14,022 bases of DNA from positions 1 to 14,022 of the forward strand of contig JAZJZK010000060.1 of the NCBI GenBank assembly GCA_040389905.1, written 5' to 3'. The notes beneath the pieces are model-generated. The model saw only the letters and a program-made list of their open reading frames with translations. It was not told the DNA's origin and did not search any database. Shown in pieces: positions 6,838-14,022 of this stretch (its first letter is position 1; every line of letters begins with the position of its first letter). The stretch is from Gemmatimonadota bacterium. GTDB lineage: Bacteria > Gemmatimonadota > Gemmatimonadetes > Gemmatimonadales > Gemmatimonadaceae. Both the position numbers and the translations under genes were made by a program.

Positions 6838-6900
6838 GCGTAAATGATAGGTAGTGCGGACGATTCCAGGGGGTGCGGCGTAGGGTGCATCGACTTGGAG

Positions 6901-6990
6901 TGTCATCCCGAGCGAAGTCGAGGGATCTGCACCTTCAGTCTGGGTTTGCGGTGCAGACCCCTCGACTCGCTGCGCTCGCTCGGGGTGACA
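6901..6990 (+). repeat. TGTC-tagged palindromic repeat, copy 1 (90 bp)
   Basis: TGTCATCCCGAGCGAAGTCGAGGGATCTGCACC...GGTGCAGACCCCTCGACTCGCTGCGCTCGCTCGGGGTGACA; flanking GGAG/CTCC extends the stem. Confidence 0.92.
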
Positions 6991-7026
6991 CTCCTATTGG
7001 CGGCCTCTGGTAAAGGCCGGACTCAA

Positions 7027-7066
7027 TGTGACCGAAATCACGAAAGAAGATGTGACGTAAGATACA
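7027..7066. promoter_or_regulatory. Tandem CRP/FNR-family-like boxes
   Basis: TGTGA-CCGAAA-TCACG (7027-7042; 9/10 match to TGTGA-N6-TCACA) and TGTGA-CGTAAG-ATACA (7051-7066; 8/10). Confidence 0.5.
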
Positions 7067-7094
7067 CAGCAGCAATGGCTTACGCCTTGCCAGT

Positions 7095-7122
7095 GGAACA
7101 TCTGGAATCGCTCGATTGTAAC
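7095..7122 (+). promoter_or_regulatory. Putative ECF-type promoter for the 7143-9311 gene pair
   Basis: GGAAC(7095-7099)-N17-TGTAAC(7117-7122), followed by SD AGGAG (7129-7133) and ATG 7143. Confidence 0.4.
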
Positions 7123-7142
7123 TCGAGTAGGAGAACTTCCAG

Positions 7143-8315
7143 ATGAAAACACCGAGCATCCTTTTCGTTGGTCTCGTCGCTCTCGTCGCGACTGCCCATG
7201 ACGGTGCAGACGCCCAGGTCGTTCGCGGCGAAATCAGCGTGTCTGGCGGGATCGCGACTGACCAGCGCGGATTTCGCTCCAATGCGATTACGATTGCGCC
7301 GTCCGTGCTCGCCGCGCCGGATCCACGATTCAGCGCCGGGCTCGCACTTTCGGGAACGCAATTCGGTGCCGATGCTCGTGCCGTCAGCGGCGTGGGATCG
7401 CTCGGTACTCGACTACCATTGACGTCCATCCTTGCATTGGCTGGATCGGCGAGCGCCTCGGGCACGACGACCTCCTTCAATGCGAGCTACACGAGCGCTG
7501 ACCTCACACCGACACTCGAGGCAACGGTGTCCGGAGTGACCCTCTACGCCGGCGCGCACGTCGCCGCTGGAAGGACGTCACAGCGCGTGACAACATCGAT
7601 GCCAGGCGGCGGCGTGTTTGGCTCGCCAACACTCGTCACACGCGATACCGCCATCTCGCGGAGCAGCGCGGGGCCGGTCTTCGGCGGCGTCTGGAACATC
7701 GCCACACAGCGCGCCGATCAGAGCGCCGCGATCAGCTATCGTGAAGAACACGCCCGCGTTCAGGGCGCACGCGTGGTCGACCGCGTCGCCACTGGAACCC
7801 TCGGAAGCGAATCGTGGCTGGTCTCGGCCAGCGGTGGCCTGCGCGACGCGATCGGCGAGCCGTCCGGTTATGGGAGCGTGAGCGCGACGTTCGCGGTCGC
7901 TCGAAGCGTCGCGCTCCAGGCGGCAGCCGGTAGCTATCCGTCGAACCTGGTCAGTGGCACGCTCGGCGGGCGCTTCGCGAGTATCGGGGTGTCGTTGCGC
8001 GGTGCGCGTCGCATCGACGTCCCGGTTGCCGCCCCTCGTCTGCGCGGCGCACCGGCTCCGCAAAGCGGGACGACACGGCTCCTCATTTCGGCGCCGGCGG
8101 CACAGCGTGTGGAAGTCGCCGGGGATTGGAATGGATGGACGCCAACGCCCGCAACGCGCAATCCGGAAGGCATCTGGTACGCCGATGTCGCGCTCCCGAA
8201 AGGCGAATACCGCTACGCCTTCAAGATCGATGGCCAGCGTTGGCGCGTCCCCGAGGGCGCAACCAGCATCGATGATGGATTTGGCGGCAAGTCCGCGCTC
8301 GTGAGCGTGCGCTGA
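7143..8315 (+). CDS. Exported protein: predicted beta-barrel domain + C-terminal CBM48/AMPK-beta-like glycogen-binding domain (390 aa)
   Basis: Signal peptide ending ADAQ; about 14 amphipathic beta-strand-like segments. The C-terminus APAAQRVEVAGDWNGW...G.W...LPKGEYRYAFKIDGQRW...DDGFGGKSA is the classic E-set glycogen-binding signature. Confidence 0.85.
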   Translation: MKTPSILFVGLVALVATAHDGADAQVVRGEISVSGGIATDQRGFRSNAITIAPSVLAAPDPRFSAGLALSGTQFGADARAVSGVGSLGTRLPLTSILALAGSASASGTTTSFNASYTSADLTPTLEATVSGVTLYAGAHVAAGRTSQRVTTSMPGGGVFGSPTLVTRDTAISRSSAGPVFGGVWNIATQRADQSAAISYREEHARVQGARVVDRVATGTLGSESWLVSASGGLRDAIGEPSGYGSVSATFAVARSVALQAAAGSYPSNLVSGTLGGRFASIGVSLRGARRIDVPVAAPRLRGAPAPQSGTTRLLISAPAAQRVEVAGDWNGWTPTPATRNPEGIWYADVALPKGEYRYAFKIDGQRWRVPEGATSIDDGFGGKSALVSVR

Positions 8316-8396
8316 CTGCCGTGGCACGACCCCGCGTGCGCGAAGCAGGGCGCGCGGCGATTCGAAGTAGTTCCGCATTCAAGGAGGAATTCTCTC

Positions 8397-9311
8397 ATGC
8401 AAAAGAACGCCATTGTGACCGTTGCACTGCTCTTCGCGCCTGCATTGGCGACAGCGCAAACCAGCGCGCAGGCGCAGTCCAAGACGAGTGTGTCGGCAGC
8501 GGGTTCCGTTTCCGCATCTCGCGGTTCGAGCTCGGCAACCACCGACGCGAATGCGTCGTCTGCCACGAGCGCCTCTACCACAGCAGGACGGCGGCTCTCC
8601 GCCGACGCGCAGAGTACAGTCGACGCGAACATTCGGTCAGCGCGCGAGAACAAGCTTCCCGAGCAACCCATCCGCCAGCGAGTGGCAGAAGGGCAGGCGA
8701 AAGGCGCAACGGATGCGCAGATCGCCGCCGCGAGTAGCAAGACGCTCGCCGATCTTCAGAGTTCGTTCGACGCAATGGTCGCCGCCGGGCACAAGGCGCC
8801 GAGCGATCAGGAGGTGTCGCGTGGTGCGCAGTTGCTTGCCAGGGGCTACACGAGTGCGCAGTTGCAGGCGGTCGCCGAGCATACACCGTCTGATCGGTCG
8901 CTGACGGTGGCGTTCGACGTGTTGACGTCTCTCCAAGCGGAAGGGAAGAGCACGGCGAACGCGGTCGCGAAAGTTGGGAGCCTGCTCGAAGCGCGAGCCT
9001 CTGATGCGCAGCTACGCGGCCTTGCGATCAACGGAGACGCGTCGGCAGGCCTGAACGGCGTGGTGAACGTCGGACGCGGTGCGGCGAGCGGTGCCTCGAA
9101 CGCCAGTGGAAGCACGAGTGCAACGACAACCGGAACTGGATCGGCCACGGGTTCCGCGGCCTCGGGTATTGGTGGAGTCGCCGGCAGTACGGCGGCCGGC
9201 GCGGGTGCCGCGGCAACGGGCGCGGTCGGGGGCAACAAGGGCGGCGTGACGTCAGGTGTCACTGGTACCGTGACAGGCACGGTTGGAGGAGCGCTCGGCA
9301 AGAAGCCATAA
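8397..9311 (+). CDS. Secreted Ala/Ser/Gly/Thr-rich hypothetical protein (304 aa) with central helical domain
   Basis: SD AAGGAGG (8381-8387); signal peptide MQKNAIVTVALLFAPALATAQ; helical core ARENKLPEQPIRQRVAEGQAKGA; low-complexity ends. Confidence 0.85.
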   Translation: MQKNAIVTVALLFAPALATAQTSAQAQSKTSVSAAGSVSASRGSSSATTDANASSATSASTTAGRRLSADAQSTVDANIRSARENKLPEQPIRQRVAEGQAKGATDAQIAAASSKTLADLQSSFDAMVAAGHKAPSDQEVSRGAQLLARGYTSAQLQAVAEHTPSDRSLTVAFDVLTSLQAEGKSTANAVAKVGSLLEARASDAQLRGLAINGDASAGLNGVVNVGRGAASGASNASGSTSATTTGTGSATGSAASGIGGVAGSTAAGAGAAATGAVGGNKGGVTSGVTGTVTGTVGGALGKKP

Positions 9312-9342
9312 GGCGACGCTGAATGGCGAGTTCATAGCCAAC

Positions 9343-9431
9343 TGTCATCCCGAGCGAAGTCGAGGGATCTGCACCTCCGTCTGGTTTTGAGGTGCAGACC
9401 CCTCGACTCGCTTTGCTCGCTCGGGGTGACA
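9343..9431 (+). repeat. TGTC-tagged palindromic repeat, copy 2 (89 bp)
   Basis: Near-identical to 6901-6990, same orientation; starts 32 nt after the 9311 stop. Confidence 0.92.
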
Positions 9432-9525
9432 AGTTTTGCGACCGATACTAACGACCAATGGCGTTGCGTTGTACTAGAATTCAGCGGTCGCATTTTCGTG
9501 TGTCCCATTACCAATCCCGAACCTC

Positions 9526-10095
9526 ATGCGCTTCACTGGATCCTTTCCGCTCGCGCTTCTCGCGCTCGCTGCCTGTCACAGCGGCCAGACGTCTTCTGGC
9601 GCTCCTGCGTCGAACGCGCCAGCGGCCGCCGCAACTGGAAACATGACCGCAATGCCCTCGACCGGGCCGGCAGTCGCTGCCATGACGATGGAGCAGGCGG
9701 GTGAGTACCTCACCATCGTGGGCAGCTGCAACGACTGCCACACCCAGGGATGGACCGAGTCGAAGGGCAAGATCCCACCAGCTGATCGTTTTGCTGGCTT
9801 TGACGTGGGCTTTCGCGGCGCGTGGGGCACCGTCTACGGAAAGAATCTCCGCACCATCACCCAGCGCCAGACCGAAGATCATTGGGTGAAAGTGCTCCAG
9901 ACTGCGGACGATGGCGACGGCAAGCCGCCGATGCCGTGGTGGAACACCGCACAGATGAGCGAACGCGACCTGCGCGCGATGTACCGCTACATCAAGTCGC
10001 TCGGCCCGAACACCAAGGGGGTCCCGCGCAACCTTCCCGTCGGCAAGGAGCCGACGGGTCCGTGGGTGTGGGTCACGCCGAAGACCGGACCGTAA
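9526..10095 (+). CDS. Monoheme c-type cytochrome lipoprotein (189 aa)
   Basis: Lipobox LALAAC; Ala/Pro linker; GEYL..VGSCNDCHT (CxxCH); WG...NL; PPMPW (candidate distal Met); DLRAMYRYIKSL. TAGAAT -10-like element at 9475-9480. Confidence 0.9.
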   Translation: MRFTGSFPLALLALAACHSGQTSSGAPASNAPAAAATGNMTAMPSTGPAVAAMTMEQAGEYLTIVGSCNDCHTQGWTESKGKIPPADRFAGFDVGFRGAWGTVYGKNLRTITQRQTEDHWVKVLQTADDGDGKPPMPWWNTAQMSERDLRAMYRYIKSLGPNTKGVPRNLPVGKEPTGPWVWVTPKTGP

Positions 10096-10110
10096 ACGCA
10101 AATGCATGGA

Positions 10111-10193
10111 TGTCATCCCGAGCGAAGTCGAGGGATCTGCACGTTCAGTCTGGGTTTTGAGCTGCAGACTCGCTCGACTCGCTCGGGGTGACA
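10111..10193 (+). repeat. TGTC-tagged palindromic repeat, copy 3 (83 bp, shortened right arm)
   Basis: TGTCATCCCGAGCGAAGTCGAGGGATCTGCAC...TGCAGACTCGCTCGACTCGCTCGGGGTGACA; starts 16 nt after the cytochrome c stop. Confidence 0.9.
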
Positions 10194-10320
10194 ACTCTTT
10201 TCAGGAAGTGGGCTCAGGTCGAGCGGGTCCGGCGAGCGGCAGCGATCGTGCCGGTCTGCACTGGCTCCGCTGTGTAGCGAATCGTAGACTCTACGACCCT
10301 CACTCTCACCTGACAAACTC

Positions 10321-12807
10321 GTGCGCTTTTTGCGACTCACAGGCGCTCTCATCGTTTTCGCCGGCGCGCTCTACGTTGGCGCGAGCCGCATCGGTCCGGC
10401 ACCTGCACTCGGTTCGTTTCTCGATCCGGCGCACGGCGTGTGGTCACTCGCGCGCGCGGCCGCACATCCGCGTGACGCGAAAGTCGACGTCGCACAACTG
10501 AGCGCACCCGTCAACGTCATCTACGACGATCGTGCCGTGCCGCACATCTTCGCGACGACCGAGGAGGATGCCTACCGCGCGATGGGGTTCGTCGTCGCGC
10601 GAGATAGACTCTTTCAGATGCATCTCCAGACGCTGGCAGCAACAGGGCGATTGACGGAGATCGCGGGCCCGCGCACCCTCAGTCTCGACCGCGAGATGCG
10701 CGGCCTCGGCTTGCCACGCGCGGCCGAGCGAGCCATCGCGACAGCGGGTGACACCGCCGGCTTCATGCGCAATGCTCGCGCGTACGCCGAGGGCGTCAAC
10801 GGATATATCAGTCACATTCCGGCGAGCGAGATACCGCTCGAGTTTCGCATCACCGGAACGCATCCGGTCGAATGGAAGCCCATCGATTCCTATCATCTCT
10901 TCAACCGTATGGGCTGGACGCTGGCCTACTACGCAATGGAGAATGACAGGTCCGCCGCCGCCGGTCGCGTCGGCACGCAGGCGGCAGAAGCGCTCTTTCC
11001 CGACAACACGCCGATTCAGGAGCCCATTCAGCCGAATGGCCAGAAAGCTCCGCGTTTCGATTTCAAGCCGCTGCCGCCACCCGGCGCTCCGGACAGTCTG
11101 TCGAAGTTCCTCGCCACTGCGACTGACGCATTCCTTCCATCGCACGCGCTTGCGCGGTTGAACGACGAAGAACCGCGCATGCTCGCAAGCAACAACTGGG
11201 CGGTCGCGCCCTCTCGTTCGGCCAGCGGCCACGCGTTGCTCGCGGGAGATCCGCATCTCGAACTGTCGTTGCCGTCAATCTGGTACGAAGTCCACCTCGT
11301 TGTCCCGGGCAAGCTCGATGTGTACGGTGTCACCATTCCCGGAGCGCCGGGCATCGTCATTGGTTTCAATCGCGACGTGGCGTGGACGTTCACCAACACC
11401 GGCGCCGATGTGCTCGACTATTACGCCGAGACGGTGAACGACGACGCGCATCCGACGAAGTACAAGCTCGATAACAATTGGAAGCCACTCGAGGAGCGCA
11501 TCGAGCAGTACAAGAATGCGCGCGGCAACACGATCGCCACTGATACCCTGTATTTCACGCATCGCGGTCCGATGCGTCGCGTGAATGGCAAGTGGGTCTC
11601 CCTGAACTGGACGGTGCTAAACGCGGGACGTGAGCTCAATGCGTTCTACGGCGCGTCGCACGCGCGCAGCACGGTGGAGATGGAGGACGCCATGGCGCGG
11701 TCGTACATGGCGCCCGCGCAGAACATGTTGTCCGCCGATCGTGGAGGTCACATTGCGATCCGGTCAACGGGGCGGTATCCCGTCCGCCCTGGCGACGGAA
11801 AGGGCAGCGCCATCCGGGACGGCTCGCACAGCACGTCTGATTGGACCACGATTCTGACGTTGTCGCAGTATCCGCAGAGCTTTGACCCTGCACAGGGATA
11901 CCTGGCCTCGGCAAACCAGCAGCCGATCGATCCGAGTGCGACCAAGGATTGGTGGGGCGGCACGTACGATCCATGGCGAGCACTTCGCATCAACGCATTA
12001 CTCCGCGCCGATTCGGCGATGACGCCGGAGAAGATGCAACGCTTTCAGACGGATCCTGGCAGCGAACGTGCGAATCTGTTCGTTCCGTATTTCCTCGCCG
12101 CTGGCAAGACGCCGAGGGCGGGCGTGAACGCGGCCAATCTCACCGAGGCGGCGAAGCTGCTTGGCGAGTGGGACCGCCGCTACACGAAAGACAACAAGCG
12201 CGCGGTGTTGTTCGAGGAAGCGATGCGCGAGCTCGCGAACCGCACGTGGGACGAACTTGCAATGGACGAATCAGGGAGTCGTCGCGTGGCGACACCATCG
12301 ACGGCGGTGCTGCTCGAGTTGCTCTCCGATTCAACGAGCAGTTGGTGGGATGACCGTGCGTCGAAGGAGATCGAGAATCGCGACGACATCGTAGCCTCGA
12401 GCCTCGCCGCCGCTCTCGCGACGGTGCGCGGCAAGTACGGTGAACCCAATGGCGACGGCTGGCGCTGGGATCACATTCGCTTTGCGCAGATCAACCACCT
12501 GCTGCGTCTTCCTGCGTTGTCCGCGCTCGATCTGCCTGTGCAGAGCGGCCCCGGCACGTTGAGTCCATCGGCGGGACCAGGAACGCACGGTGCGAGCTGG
12601 CGCATGGTCGTGGAACTCGGTAACGAGATTCGTGCGTGGTCCACCTATCCTGGCGGCCAATCGGGGAGCGCGATCAGTGCGCACTATCGTGATCGCATTC
12701 CGCTGTGGACGAGTGGCCAATTGGAGCCTGTTGTATTTCCGCGCACTCCCGAGGAGCTCACGGGAAAGAACAGGGCAGCACAACTCACGCTCTCGCCGAG
12801 GAAGTGA
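10321..12807 (+). CDS. Penicillin acylase family (peptidase S45) Ntn-hydrolase precursor (828 aa)
   Basis: N-terminal anchor; DDRAVPHIFA and ARDRLFQM (alpha subunit); ASNNWAV with nucleophile Ser290 (11188-11190); LAGDPHL, PSIWYE, ASANQ, GASWRMVV, PGGQSG. Confidence 0.95.
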   Translation: MRFLRLTGALIVFAGALYVGASRIGPAPALGSFLDPAHGVWSLARAAAHPRDAKVDVAQLSAPVNVIYDDRAVPHIFATTEEDAYRAMGFVVARDRLFQMHLQTLAATGRLTEIAGPRTLSLDREMRGLGLPRAAERAIATAGDTAGFMRNARAYAEGVNGYISHIPASEIPLEFRITGTHPVEWKPIDSYHLFNRMGWTLAYYAMENDRSAAAGRVGTQAAEALFPDNTPIQEPIQPNGQKAPRFDFKPLPPPGAPDSLSKFLATATDAFLPSHALARLNDEEPRMLASNNWAVAPSRSASGHALLAGDPHLELSLPSIWYEVHLVVPGKLDVYGVTIPGAPGIVIGFNRDVAWTFTNTGADVLDYYAETVNDDAHPTKYKLDNNWKPLEERIEQYKNARGNTIATDTLYFTHRGPMRRVNGKWVSLNWTVLNAGRELNAFYGASHARSTVEMEDAMARSYMAPAQNMLSADRGGHIAIRSTGRYPVRPGDGKGSAIRDGSHSTSDWTTILTLSQYPQSFDPAQGYLASANQQPIDPSATKDWWGGTYDPWRALRINALLRADSAMTPEKMQRFQTDPGSERANLFVPYFLAAGKTPRAGVNAANLTEAAKLLGEWDRRYTKDNKRAVLFEEAMRELANRTWDELAMDESGSRRVATPSTAVLLELLSDSTSSWWDDRASKEIENRDDIVASSLAAALATVRGKYGEPNGDGWRWDHIRFAQINHLLRLPALSALDLPVQSGPGTLSPSAGPGTHGASWRMVVELGNEIRAWSTYPGGQSGSAISAHYRDRIPLWTSGQLEPVVFPRTPEELTGKNRAAQLTLSPRK

Positions 12808-13166
12808 TGATTTTTCATCTTGTGATTGCGATCGCGATGGCGGCGTGCACGTGGGTCGCCGGATGGTGGGGCGTGGCGATTGTCGCGCTCATTGCGGGAT
12901 TTATCTATCGCGAGCGACGCGGTCGCGCGTGGCTCGTGGCGCTCGGTGCAACGGAGGGTTGGATTCTGTTGCTGATCGTTGACGCGGCGTTCGGTCCGTT
13001 GCGGATGCTCGGCGACACGCTTGGTGGCGCGATGAGTCTTCCGCCGGCGACGCTGTATCTGTTAACGCTGCTGTTCCCTGCGTTGCTCGCGTGGAGTGGT
13101 GCGATGTTCGCTGCGTCCATCGGGCAGCTCCCTCTTAAGAGTTCGCCAGCGTTGAATCGAGGATAG
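12807..13166 (+). CDS. Small integral membrane hypothetical protein (119 aa)
   Basis: TGATG stop/start overlap with the acylase; MIFHLVIAIAMAACTWVAGWWGVAIVALIAG...; 3-4 hydrophobic helices. Confidence 0.8.
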   Translation: MIFHLVIAIAMAACTWVAGWWGVAIVALIAGFIYRERRGRAWLVALGATEGWILLLIVDAAFGPLRMLGDTLGGAMSLPPATLYLLTLLFPALLAWSGAMFAASIGQLPLKSSPALNRG

Positions 13167-13665
13167 CAAGACCACAACCGACTGAACGTCGATCGGAGCG
13201 GATTGAAGCGGATAAATACGGATTCGAGCAAACCACGGCAACGCGCGGCGGAACGACGTCGTCGAACTCAGCGTATCATCCTGCGCTCGCTCTGAGAACA
13301 TAGTGCTCTCTTTCGCCGCGACATTGCGCTCATTCGTGTAGGCAATCGCGAACTAGCGAGGCAGCACCCGCATGCGCTCCTGCAATGGCAAATCCGCCAG
13401 GCAGTGCGCCTCCTTCAGGGAGGCGGCGGATCGCGGAGAGAAAGCATTCCGCCCGCGCCGTGCGAAGGTCTGAAACCCCGCCCTTTGTAGCCACTCCAAA
13501 ACGGGCCGCGGAAGTCGTGGACTTGATAGACAGCGACCATTCATTTGGTGCCAACTTTGCGCATAGCGAGTAGCGATGCCGTCGGAATTGGAGTGGATAG
13601 ATGAACTTGCGTGCCGCGATGCGAAGAGGGAGATCCCATGCATCTGAACTCGATCAACCAGCGAG

Positions 13666-13971
13666 TCAATCACGCCTTGAACGTGCATCTCCAACTGTCG
13701 AAGCATCCGACACTCTATCACGCCAGCGTCGCACCGCCATTACATCGAATCGTTCTCCCAGAAATACAATCTGATTCGGAGTCACTCCCGTCGCGTCAGA
13801 CATACGTTTCAACATGTCTCGCACCTCCATCCACCGGATCTCGCCCTCTGAATTGCGCACGACAAGCAGCACGGGAAACGCCTGCGCCATCCAATACCGA
13901 GCATGACGTTCGTTCTTGATGGCGAATACTTCGGCATCGTCACTCTTGCGTCGCCGAAGATATGAGTCCCC
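13666..13971 (-). pseudogene. 3' fragment of a DUF4365-like (PD-(D/E)XK nuclease-fold) domain gene, interrupted at its 5' side
   Basis: GDSYLRRRKSDDAEVFAIKNERHARYWMAQAFPVLLVVRNSEGEIRWMEV resembles the part of DUF4365 after the QLK motif (G.SY...H..YW....PV.LV). The expected QLKS is replaced by translated element end (FWVAA). Recognised from memory, not by search. Confidence 0.65.
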
Positions 13972-14022
13972 GGCGGCCACCCAAAATCCCCCACCTGTGG
14001 CCGGGTCAAACTCCCCCACCTG
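13970..14022. mobile_element. Terminus of an insertion element (IS21-like tandem binding-site repeats), cut by the window end
   Basis: Two imperfect direct repeats: GGCCACCCAAAATCCCCCACCTG (13975-13997) and GGCCGGGTCAAACTCCCCCACCTG (13999-14022). Tandem AAA(A/C)TCCCC-containing units resemble IS21-family ends. No transposase is in the window and the canonical terminal TG is not evident. Confidence 0.55.

Noticed and set aside
3974..6843. Long plus-strand ORFs (3974..5182, 5431..6108, 6145..6843)
   Set aside because: Antisense to well-supported genes; typical of stop-poor high-GC DNA.
6901..6990. Repeat as tRNA or riboswitch
   Set aside because: No cloverleaf, TTC loop in context or CCA end; the structure is a simple inverted dimer found in different positions relative to genes.
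8322..8340. Sigma54 promoter (TGGCACG) before the 8397 gene
   Set aside because: The -12 TTGC is absent at the required spacing (reads TGGCACG-ACCC-GCGT).
6901..10193. Palindromic repeats as a CRISPR array or integron attC sites
   Set aside because: Repeats are 83-90 bp and separated by whole genes, with no cas genes. There are no RYYYAAC/GTTRRRY boxes and no integrase.
13353..13721. 122-aa minus-strand ORF as a gene
   Set aside because: No recognisable motif, atypical composition, weak start context; left uncalled.
13972..14019. Start of ORF 13666..14019 (MGEFDPATGGGFWVAA)
   Set aside because: This is translation of the element's terminal repeats, not a real N-terminus.

Overview
High-GC bacterial window. 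Gene content and repeat style suggest Gemmatimonadota (inference, not searched). Left to right: (1) The 5' part of an imuA-imuB SOS mutagenesis cassette on the minus strand. It runs off the window edge, so the ORF track missed it; a TTCG-N7-TTCG direct repeat overlaps its putative promoter. (2) An HExxH membrane protein and a pterin-4a-carbinolamine dehydratase. (3) A minus-strand run: HAD hydrolase, ECF sigma, zinc-finger anti-sigma, two secreted DUF4097-like proteins and a BI-1/YccA protein. (4) A plus-strand pair: a predicted beta-barrel + CBM48/glycogen-binding fusion and an Ala/Gly/Ser-rich secreted partner, behind CRP-like boxes and an ECF-type promoter. (5) A lipoprotein cytochrome c. 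(6) A penicillin-acylase-family Ntn hydrolase coupled to a small membrane protein. (7) At the right end, the 3' remnant of a DUF4365-like gene cut by the terminus of an IS21-like element. Two non-coding repeat families recur: ~85-90 bp TGTCA...TGACA palindromes (3 full copies, 1 degenerate half) that bracket gene blocks, and TGTCCCC heptamer arrays, one of which lies inside imuA. No rRNA, tRNA or CRISPR array was seen. Most genes are ordinary; the best candidates for something undescribed are the barrel-CBM48/partner module, the repeat-bracketed blocks and the candidate SOS operator.
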